Assembly (NCBI GenBank): GCA_030141605.1
Contig: JAQGDQ010000106.1
Coordinates: 248,001 to 312,000, forward strand
Length of the DNA stretch: 64,000 bases
DNA from: Tubiluchus corallicola
Taxonomy: Eukaryota > Animalia > Priapulida
Direction of reading: 5' to 3'
Part shown: one piece after another, positions 1 through 9,831 of the stretch
Numbering within the stretch: the first letter of the stretch is position 1
Layout: each line of letters begins with the position of its first letter
Program-made: the position numbers and the translations under genes
The notes under the pieces: generated by a model
Database searches by the model: none
Seen by the model: the letters and a program-made list of their open reading frames with translations, nothing else
Told to the model about the DNA's origin: nothing

Positions 1-678
1 AAGAGAAAATGCAATCAACAAAATTCCTACTGTTTGGGTTGCTTTATTTTGGGGCTCTGTAGCAGCTGCACCACTTTGCAACTGGCATACTGGTAGCTCA
101 ATTACTCCTAAGGAATGGCGCTCTGTTCTTATTCGATTAAACTGTTTGGTTGCTTCTCTCCATATCTTTATATATGCAAAAACTAATACTAATGCTGGAA
201 AGAAATGACACAGAAAAGTCACTACCAAGAATGATGTAGTCGCTTCAGTCACTAGGCTGTCATAATCCCTAGCTGGATGAGCTAGCATCACACACACTGG
301 TGGGAGTGCACTTGTTAACCAAACCCCAATGATGATCCATCTTGTAGACAATACTGTGATGAGTCGCTGGTAGTGCAATGGGCACATGACAGCTATGTAT
401 CTCTCTGTAGCAATGGCACACATATTAAACAAGCTGCATGTCCCGATGTAATAATCTAGAATTATGCTGAAAACGCTGTTCCTTAACAGTGGCAATAAAA
501 CTGCAAAGAACAAGCCGTACAGGAGGTCAGCTATTGCAAGTGAAGTAAGAAAGTAATTACGGCAGCAATGCAAATTTTTATGTTTTATCACCGATACTAT
601 TACTAATGTGTTGCCAGCAACTGCTGTGACTCCTATTATACCACCAGCAGCATGAAAAATTGCTGTTACTGCATCCAT
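1..678 (-). CDS. Rhodopsin-class (class A) GPCR, biogenic-amine-receptor-like; TM1 to TM6, running off the left edge of the window
   Basis: Hand translation from the ATG at 678 is open to position 1. TM1: MDAVTAIFHAAGGIIGVTAVAGNTLVIVSV (GN motif). TM2: NYFLTSLAIADLLYG (LAxAD). TM3/ICL2: ILDYYIGTCSLFNMCAIATERYIAVMCPLHY (ERY, PLxY). TM4: GVWLTSALPP. TM5: FFPALVLVFAYIKIWREATKQ. TM6 start: KATQTVGILLIAFSL. Absent from the ORF track because the stop lies outside the window. Confidence 0.93.
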   Translation of the reverse strand, partial: MDAVTAIFHAAGGIIGVTAVAGNTLVIVSVIKHKNLHCCRNYFLTSLAIADLLYGLFFAVLLPLLRNSVFSIILDYYIGTCSLFNMCAIATERYIAVMCPLHYQRLITVLSTRWIIIGVWLTSALPPVCVMLAHPARDYDSLVTEATTSFLVVTFLCHFFPALVLVFAYIKIWREATKQFNRIRTERHSLGVIELPVCQLQSGAAATEPQNKATQTVGILLIAFSL

Positions 679-892
679 GTCTGGTGTATTGTGCGTATTC
701 GTGCTTTACAAAACTCACTCGTAAGAAAATATCAAGAATTATGTATCTGCGAAACTAATTAATCGATACCATACAGGTTTTTGTCTCATATGCGCATTGT
801 GCTGTGAAGCCTTTATTCAGAATTTGCACTTTGTCCTTCATTATTGAATTACCATGAGGTATCAGAAGAAACATCAGCATACATTTGTACAA

Positions 893-958
893 TATCGATA
901 ATATGAATGACCTTAATGCATGTTTGTTTACACACTTTGTATTGTTACATGACGTCAT
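893..958. promoter_or_regulatory. Candidate DRE (TATCGATA, 893-900) and palindromic CRE (ATGACGTCAT, 949-958) between the divergent genes
   Basis: Exact consensus matches within the ~530 bp between the GPCR ATG (678, -) and the predicted ATG at 1211 (+). Function is inferred only. Confidence 0.35.
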
Positions 959-1210
959 TGCATGCAGCATGTTCTGTTATCAAAATGTAAATAATGTTTC
1001 AGCTACGCAACTTCTTGACAGTTTATTGAAAACTCACAATTATAAAAGATTTGCCTCCACTCTATATTCTATTAATTTTTGATCTTGTTAATGTACAAAT
1101 CTAGTTTACAAATATTTTCGACAGTGACATGTCTCAAATCTCATACAATCATGATAGTTTATGTAGTCAAATTTGCTTTAATTTTTAAGTTGACTTTGAA
1201 TTGGTTAGGC

Positions 1211-2537
1211 ATGGAAGGTACGATTGTTGCCAAGTGTTATGCCATGTGCGTATTGCACGAACAGTGTCAGTTAATTTTTTAATTCTGTTTGTATAGGCAG
1301 GTGATATAGACATACGCAAAACAGTGGCTGAACTGGAGCAGCTGTACATTAGTTCACTTTTGAAAATAAAAGGTAATTTTTGGACTATTGTTGCGGGTAG
1401 GGTTCTGTAAAGTCTACCCCGTGTAATTACAGATCTCCTTTTTGAGCATTGTTTAAAAACAAAATTTACGCCATCTGTATTTTTACATGGTGTTATTTGC
1501 ATGCAACACATTCTGTTATGAAAATGCAAATAATGTTCAAGTGAATAAACTGTTACTAACTGTTAACGCAATGTCGAATGTTTAGGCATTACTGTTAATT
1601 GATACCGTTACTGTTAGTCATGATTTATAGACCATCAAAAGCATTAACCTTTTTATAATAACGTATTTACTTTCATTGTATATTAGCTGCACAAGCTGCC
1701 ATGTGGCTTTTAACGAAAAGCAGTATTATATACATGTTTGCAGAAGATGTCATAAAAGCATCTGCGAATGTCGGACAGAAATTTGTGGAAGCAGTAAAGG
1801 CAGAACAACTGGTGACAGCTGAGCTTATTAAACATGAGTTTCGAAATTCTTTGGAAGATTGTTTGAAAGAAAAACCATCTGAAAGCAGATGCTCCCAGTT
1901 TCCAACAAATAAAGTAACAAATGAAAATCCTCCTCAAGAATTCATGATGCTTGACCAAATCCATGCTGGGAAAGAGAAGAATTCGTCTGAACTCACAGCT
2001 TCGTCTAGTGCATCTCATGCTTTCTATTTTAATAAGAATGTCATCCCAAATACCCACACTGATTCAGATTATAGGCTTAAGAATCAGTTACAGTTTGAAG
2101 GTGATGACATGCTGGCAAGACGTAGCAGTAATGACAAGTGTGTGTTACATAATACTGTGAATTCTAGTCCCAAAGTAGGCTCGTACTCTTGTGGAACAAA
2201 TTCCTTACCACCATTAAACAGAAATGATGATTTTACTCCTGGCGCCCAGTGTTTGATTGTTAGTAATGTCTCATCAAATAAAAAAAAGCTGTCAAAAATA
2301 AAACGCTTATTGGCAAAACAAAACGATGAATTAAGTCTACGAATCTCTTATCAGTCTCCAGTGAAAATTTCTACGCATTCTCCTGTAAATGAGAGAAGTG
2401 CAGTTGGCGCTTTATCCAATTTTTGTTCACTAGATGACGCCACCAACAAGCATTCAACCAGCAGTAGGGAAAAATGTGATACTGGAATTCATTTTCTTCA
2501 TGTTCCAGAACAGCCTTTAGATTTGTCAAAAAAATGA
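1211..2537 (+). CDS. Uncharacterised ~309-aa protein with helical N-terminus, Ser/Asn-rich disordered middle, basic patch and C-terminal CtBP-binding motif PLDLSKK; exons 1211-1217, 1301-1372, 1687-2537
   Basis: ATGGAAG|gtac...ggcag|GTGAT...AAAG|gtaat...tattag|CTGCA gives two phase-1 introns that join in frame (MEGDIDIRKTVAELEQLYISSLLKIKAAQAAMWLL...) to the 278-aa ORF at 1701-2537. AATAAA lies at ~2645. The 7-nt first exon is the least certain part. Confidence 0.7.
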
Positions 2538-4039
2538 ATTTTTACAATATGTGGTGTATATATAGTTTTTGTGTTTTTTTACAAATGTGTATATGTGTAT
2601 GTAAATAACAGATTTTGTCTCCTTTTAATATGAGATTTCACAGCAATAAAACTTCACTTGAACTTAAATTATAATAATTGTCAGTTTTATGCTTTGAAAA
2701 ATTGAACTTTGAGACAATTTTGTTTAATTATTGATCATTTCACCAATAGGCAAGATTTTTGCTGAGAACTATTGCTGTCGTGCTGTACTAATCTTACAGA
2801 TATTTGAAGATGACTCACACGAGCTTAATGCACTCAGAAAAGTGCTTTTAACAGAATTTCATTTGCTGCAGCAGTTCAGCTTCTTTATCTTACATTTGTA
2901 AAGGTTTTACAATTTTTGCTGAAGCTGCAGGAAAGCGTTCAAGATTACAGATAGCCGGCAGCTAGTTTGCAGACAGTCTTGTATTGCTGTCCCAAAAATG
3001 CCTGAGTGCAGTGGTGCTTAAAAAGTACATGCACTGCATTATTTTTAATACAATTTTAGTACTGTTTGAGAACATCTAGAAGCGGTTTTCTCAGTGGCCA
3101 CTCGTCTATTTACTAACCTGTCACAGGTAACTGCAAATAAGGTGTCTGTGTGTGGGCAAGCGCATGCACAGAACGTCTGTGTGATGGATGCTATTAGCTT
3201 TAACAGGATTCAATGAAATTACACTGGTCATGCAGTTTTGTAGTGGCTTCAATTAAAGTTGCTTGTGACGTGTAGCTGTGTTTACCTTGCTTATGAACAA
3301 AATTAATGCCTTGGAGTGAGTATAATAGTTATATCTTTTCATTTTTTTCTGGTTTCAACTGTAAACATACCTACGTGCACGTGATTTATATAGGCTTCGT
3401 AACTGAAATATTATCAGAAATGAAATCAATGATTAAAAGGAATCGATTGAATTAATGGTAGTGTAAGAATATACTTTTCTGCCTCGTTTCGCTGGAAAAA
3501 CAAAAAAATCGAGTATAGCGTATGGTTTAATCCCATCACCTTTACAGTTAATAAAAAAAAATCCAAAAACAGATTTGATATTCGATCAAGTTTTTTTTGT
3601 GCGTCACTGCGTACTATCTTCAGATGAAAGGAAAAAAACAAAAAGCCAGAAATGCTATTTTTAAGTTGCCGCTTTACATCTGAATCTTCTTGATTTACCA
3701 ATGGTTTTTATTTCTTCATTATTTATCTCTGTTGTTTTTTTAATAACTTGCACACGCACAGGACTAGTGTCACAGAACTCACAGGGCACACTCGCCAGCT
3801 ACCGGTATTTATATTTGTGTAACTGGTCACTACAGGTCAAAAGTCACGAAATAGGCGGGTCTTCTTGTTTTTTCGTTAGGTTGGATCTCCTCGTACAGTT
3901 TTTGAGCTAGGTCCACCATTTCTGGTATGTGATTAGTGGGGTAGAGATCTCGTGCTTGGCTGCATACAGGCCCATTTGCGTATGGGGAAAATCTGTCACT
4001 ATGGAATTTAAAACCGAAATCGGGGGTGGTGGTGGGATC

Positions 4040-4510
4040 GGGAGACCAATGCTTCCATTGTCAAATAACAATGGCTAGTAGTATATCAAATGAAAGGTCT
4101 TGATGAGGCGAATCGGATGGTATGAGTTACTTCCGGATGGCTTGACCTCTGACCTAGAGGAGAAAAGCCGAAACTGAGGGTCTGAGACACCAATGCTTCA
4201 ATGGCGAGAAATAGTGACTTGTGGTGTACCAAATGAAAGGTCCCGATGAGACGAAATGAACGGTATGAGTTATGCCTAGATCGGTTGACCCCTGCCCCCA
4301 CTGAAGTGTGTGTCAAATGAAATGTCTAGGTGAGGCAAATTGAATGGTAGAAGTTACTCTCTGATTTATTGTTGGCTATTGAATCCCCCAAGGGTGAAAA
4401 ACCAAAATCACGCGGGTTCGGGAGGCAAATGCGTTCGCTTTCAAACAACAGTACCTTCTAATACATGAAGTGAAATGTCTCAATGAGAAAAATTGAATGG
4501 TATGAGGTAC
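4040..4510. repeat. Degenerate tandem array of 4 units (~85-155 bp spacing), resembling the internal repeats of Helitron/Helentron-derived elements
   Basis: The core tcaaatgaaaggtcttgatgag...aatggtatgagtta recurs with divergence at ~4085, ~4228, ~4313 and ~4466. accaatgcttc occurs at ~4047 and ~4189. Confidence 0.55.
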
Positions 4511-7460
4511 GCATAAATTGGACGACACCTGACCCGTTTGATTGATCCTTGAGCCATGGGTCACTGATCAAAAAGTGGCAAGTGCCGATTTCATTGAAAT
4601 TATTAATGCCAAACACATTACTTGTGGATATACTGTTAAATATTTTGAAAAACGTTTTTATTTCATTATTTGTAAATACATGTACGAAATAAAAGCATCC
4701 CCTGTCACAGAAGCAGAATCTTACTGCAGTTTTTTGTCAGAGTCAAAAACGTTAACTAGTTAATTTTATTTTATAGTGGACAATGGATGATGGATCCCAT
4801 GTTTGGATCTATGTTTCTTAATTGCTTTTTTGCCATTGGCTAATGTTATTAGCGACAGTTTATTTTTATTCCTGTCCGATTTGTTGTTTTTTATTTTATC
4901 TGAAGATAACTAGCAGTTCGCTTCGCTTCTTTGACCGCATCTCAATTTTGCATTTCTTTGTTTTTGAGTTTTTATTAATTATTCCAATTCTTGTCATTAA
5001 GATTTATTTTTGCGTCAATATTTTCGTAGTTTTTACATCTAGCTGCAAAACGAAACGGTTGTGTCAAAACTAATTTCCTTTGCGGTTAAATCGGTGTGTT
5101 TAACTGTTGCGGCTTCTTCGCAAATATTATGCACCATAAAATGTGAAAATAATAAATCACTTTCTGCCCGATCAGGTAACTTCTCTTCAGAAATCAGAAG
5201 CATTACAATTTGCTAAATGTGTTCTATTTACATGAAAACTAAAACATTGTAGATTTTAGATAGAAGTTGAAACGAACCGTTTCATCTAATGTATTTTTGC
5301 TAGTGCGTATAGCGTGTTACAAAAATGAACTGTCACTGCAAATAAAGTTGTGTGCCGTTAGAAGAGACACCCTCCTGGGACTTTTACAGATCAATATGGA
5401 GAAAGCCATATCATCTTGTGTGACTGTTAGATGTGGAAACTGTTTCCAGTCTGTTCATATTGTGATTCATGCAAATATTAAATACCCTGCAGCCAGAATG
5501 AAACTATGTCTTTGAAGAGTTTGTATATTACATATATACTGCATTTATATACGCACCAAATAGTAAGAAAATGGGTTGAACCGTAACGCCTGCATGATTG
5601 CAACCTGCGGGTTGTATTTATAACTTGGAAACTTGTAATTGGCCGATGTAGGTATAAATTAACATTGTTTTGGACACTGCACTGTTATGGTGGGTGTGAT
5701 GTCTGCGATTACTAAAGAAAACGTTGTGAATGTAATGAAATATGTGGCGGCAGCACGGTAGTGGTATAAATGTAACACCGGTTGTGAGAATTTTTGACGT
5801 TTTAGGAGCATAAGCCATTGTAGTAAAAGGAAAACTGTATAAAAGTTTTGAGACTGAAACGAGTGTGTAATTACGTTTTTTGTCTTGTTACCAAAGTTTT
5901 CCATATTGGCGTAAGACGAAACTGCATGTCCTACACGCCATACTGCCTGCGAAGCTTTGGAGCCTAAAGTGGCATTTATTAGACACCCAGAGTGCGTTAC
6001 CCACCTACGGAATAGCTGCGTGTAAAAAATCAGTAAGTTCTAGCTGCAGAAAAAAAGTAGCGCATAATGCAGGTCTGATAACGACATAAACTGATTTTTA
6101 TCGATAATGCATACGTATTCCGGATGTCTGGTAAACGGCACTTAAAACGGCACATGCCTGTCAGCTGACACAGTAGCAAACTGTCACATAAAGCACCCAC
6201 GGGACTAACTCTCAGTCTTTCTTTTCCACGTTTAGCGATAAATTGAATTAGATACTCACCCGCGACTGAGTGTGACTTTGGCACAAATTTGTAGCGACCC
6301 ATAAAATCGAATGGGAACGACCTATTATCGTATTCGCCAGTACTGTCAAGGAGTTTGAAGAATGTCGCATTCAGCGCGCAGATAGTAAACGCAACACCCC
6401 CATTACGCAAAACAAACGTAAAAATCTGTACGGAAACATTTAGCTATTGGGTTTACTTTTGTGGAAACGGCCTTTGCGTTTGATAGACCTGCACTATTTA
6501 GGTCCTATGATCTATAGCAGCGGTTTTTCACATCTGACATTTCCATTTCGCCATTTCTTCAGGCTGAAACCACATTAAACTACGTACACAATTAAATGCC
6601 AAAATGATTAACGTGACTGAAGCTAACAGAGTTGTGTTTGTGAAATCACAGCTGTAAAATGTTGCGCAAAAATAAAATTAATGTTGATATTTGAATAAAA
6701 AATGTCATTTGGATCTATAATATACGGAAACTGGCTCAGATGAGTTTAGCTGGTCAATTCCTTAGTTATGAGATACTGTGTGACTAAGATCAGAACTGGA
6801 AAATAGTTGTATTACTTGTATAACTTGCGTTAAAAATTATTGCAATGACAAATGTGATTGCACGTTTTATATATACAAGGTGAACCATTTCTCTGATGCG
6901 AGTTGTTTTATCTACACGTGAAACGGTTTACGGCTTGTAGGAGCAAACTAACCTTAAGTATAGGTCTATATTCGGCTTAAATAACTTGATAAGTTTTGCT
7001 AATTGAATATTTTGTGTGTTAGGTTGAGTGTTAGCCAGGAACTATACCATAAGCACAACTATGTCCTTAGACTGATTATTACAATAGTCTTATGACATAA
7101 CTATGTTAGAGGCTTTGAAATTGAAACTGTTTGTTAATTGTTTGTGGGCCAATTTTTAAAGTTTAATCATGGAGTTTCATAAAATGGAATGATGTATTTT
7201 ACAATAACTGTTAATCTTCCATTACACACAGCTGTAAATTCTTTCGTCAGTAGACTCCCAGTGACTTTAATAAAAATTAAGCAGTTTATGACTGTCATCA
7301 AAACCATTCTATACACAAGACAATATTTAATTTCTAAACTGAAGATTTATATTTAACACTTAACATTAACAATCTCATAATAAAACAACAGTTATTAATA
7401 ACAAATTTTAACGATAGTACGTGAAATAAAAAAATAACAGGATGCTAACAGGAAGACTAA

Positions 7461-7464
<4 letters not shown>

Positions 7465-7527
<63 letters not shown>
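7465..7527. repeat. (CT)n microsatellite
   Basis: Pure CT run; source of the SLSL and ERER pseudo-ORFs. Confidence 0.98.
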
Positions 7528-7530
<3 letters not shown>

Positions 7531-7791
7531 CTGTCTCTCTCTCTCAGCATCTCTCTTTCTTCCTTCCTCTCTCTTTACTCGCATTCTCATTTCAGTTTTA
7601 ATTATGCACCATTCTGATGAATGACAAGCTGCCTGGCCTGTGCTCTTGGTAATTGTTTTATATGTATTACAGTACATTTCACAGTACGCTGTTGTGTAGT
7701 AATTAATGTACTAACCATTGTCATAGGCCATTGTCAAATTCGGCCATGTATTAACTGGTTTGATATATTGCCTAATTAGGTATGTAAAAAA

Positions 7792-8045
7792 TTATTTCTT
7801 TTTCCCGTAGCCACCGCCATGACCATAACCGCTATACGGGCCTCCACCGTAACTTCCTCCATGGCCATATCCACTATAGCCCCCTCCGTGACCATACCCA
7901 CCATGACCATATCCGCCGCGACCATATCCTCCATGACCGTATCCTCCGTGACCATATCCTCCATGACCGTATCCTCTGTGACCATATCCGCCATAGCCAT
8001 ATCCTCCATGACCGATAAGTCCCAGTAAAAGATAGGTAAAGTTGA
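7792..8045 (-). CDS. Secreted Gly/His/Tyr-rich repeat protein, coding exon 2 (HGGYG repeats, ends YGKKK*)
   Basis: Acceptor tttcaattttcag| precedes 8045. Frame reads (F)NFTYLLLGLIGHGGYGYGGYGHRGYGHGGYGHGGYGHGGYGRGGYGHGGYGHGGGYSGYGHGGSYGGGPYSGYGHGGGYGKKK, with TAA at 7794-7792. The repeats differ mostly at synonymous positions. Confidence 0.88.
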
Positions 8046-8907
8046 CTGAAAATTGAAAGTAACAAGTGTGACAAGTAATTCAAGTCAGATTTTTTAGTTT
8101 GTTCTCAATTCATATAAGCTACGTATAAATCAATTCATGTGAAGTGATTTAATTCTGTTGCCACTCGGTGCTGATGGAAAGATCCAACAGTACTAGCAAA
8201 GCTGTTCAGCCAAGAATGGAAGAAGCTTTTCTAGAAAGTGAATAGTAAACGAAGCCTGCCAAGATCAGCACCAATTTACCTGACACTTATAATTAAAATT
8301 AAAACATTTAATCGCCTTTCTTCGATAATAAAAAGCGTTTTCAGCTATTATATGAAGCTGAGACCTTTTCACGTATTTTCATCCCAGCATGCAGTTACAG
8401 CTGTAGTTGTAATAATGCTTACTGGATAATCAATTATTCCTGGGGGAAGGTTGTTAAGCAGGAATTAATGTGCACAATCTCGGTAAATGCACCTGGCATA
8501 TTAATACTTATATACTTATTATCGCTATTAACATAAGACGGCCCCTACGCAGAAACATTTTCACATTTCGTTCATTGTACACTTGCTCATTCTTTTGTTC
8601 ATTCATTCGCGCATTCAGTAATTTGCTGTTCGGGTCTTCATTCATCAATATAATATTTTGAGAGGCAGAGAGAGGGCTTTTGTCAAGCTAACACAAATTA
8701 ACACGAGTCCTTCAACCTTCATTTTCATTCCGCTTTTCGGTGCTTTTCTTCTATTTTTGCATCAAAGCATCCATTCGTTTTCTCGTTTGTTCCTTCACTT
8801 ATTCATTCATTCATTGTTGTTCTTCCTCAATCAACTATCCCTGCTAGGCTGCATATTAGTGCAATGTAATAACTTCAGAGAATATTAAGAAAGCAACAAA
8901 CACTTAC

Positions 8908-8941
8908 AAACTATTACTACAATAAGAGTGACCAATTTCAT
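8908..8941 (-). CDS. Secreted Gly/His/Tyr-rich repeat protein, coding exon 1 (signal peptide MKLVTLIVVIV)
   Basis: ATG AAA TTG GTC ACT CTT ATT GTA GTA ATA GTT T|gtaagt. This phase-1 donor fits the 8045 acceptor, giving MKLVTLIVVIVFNFTYLLLG and 288 nt (95 aa) in total. Confidence 0.82.
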
Positions 8942-9789
8942 AACCTGGTAATAATTCAGTTAAAAGAATCAGTTAATCAGAGACGCTCACCTGTTGGCGA
9001 ATAGGTTGTTGTTCTTACTCTGTGTGACGCTAAATAACTGAGGTAAGCGGGATTGCTGACACTCTCGTGGTGATAACTGCAGTTTCCCCTTTCAAGAATC
9101 TGTATGAGTAAAATTCAGAATTATAGGTTCTCGCAATAATACAAAACATTATTATTATAGAAAAAGTGGGGCCAGCTCCAGTTAACTGCATTATAGTCCG
9201 TAAATTATGAAAACTGTCTTACAGAGCGCACACATTGTTTGCCCCACAGCGCTGGTATCGCTCAGCTGAGCAAGCACTTTGCAAAACAGTTATTAAGTTT
9301 TATATAGCATTATAAAAACAGTAATAAAGCAATTAACTTTTTAGCCAAGTGTACGTTGCATGATGTAAATTCAAATATGGGTTTCAACTTGTATAATGTA
9401 ACTTTGAAGATGTGTTTAGAATTTTTCCGCATTGTGGATACGATTTATCTCGTGTATGCAGATGGTCACAATAAACTTGGGGAAAAATTGTATGAGTTGT
9501 ATAGTAAATAACAATTTTAATTTTTTTATCTAACAATCATTGAAAGAAATGTTAAAGTATGTGGTGTCTTTTCTAATTAATTGACTTGTCTTCTTGTATG
9601 TAAATAATATCTGAGCTTGTTTTTTTTGTTATCGGTATTTAATATTTATTTTACTTTTGCTACTGTTCTAACTTATCTTTTCTTTAACTGAACCACTTAT
9701 GTATCTGTACATATGTGCTCGAACATCAATGATGTTAATACTAATAATAGTAATAAAACTATTATTACTTATTATAATATTAAAGTATT

Positions 9790-9796
<7 letters not shown>

Positions 9797-9826
<30 letters not shown>
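9797..9826. repeat. (AT)n microsatellite in an AT-rich tract
   Basis: Pure TA run flanked by repeated tattaaagtatt motifs. Confidence 0.9.

Positions 9827-9831
<5 letters not shown>

Noticed and set aside
4040-4510. Repeat-spacer-like pattern suggestive of a CRISPR array
   Set aside because: Eukaryotic context, degenerate repeats, irregular and partly homologous spacers, and no cas genes.
5659-6410. CpG-richer region with a minus-strand donor (gcgg|gtgagt) and an ORF ending CPKQC, suggestive of an LRR cap or a first exon
   Set aside because: Candidate exons could not be joined in a consistent phase without stops, and no recognisable homology was seen.
7776-8083. Track ORFs MEDMAMADMV..., MTITAIRAST... 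and ...SWRIWSRR...
   Set aside because: These are alternative frames of the HGGYG repeat exon; the codon variation is synonymous only in the Gly-rich frame.
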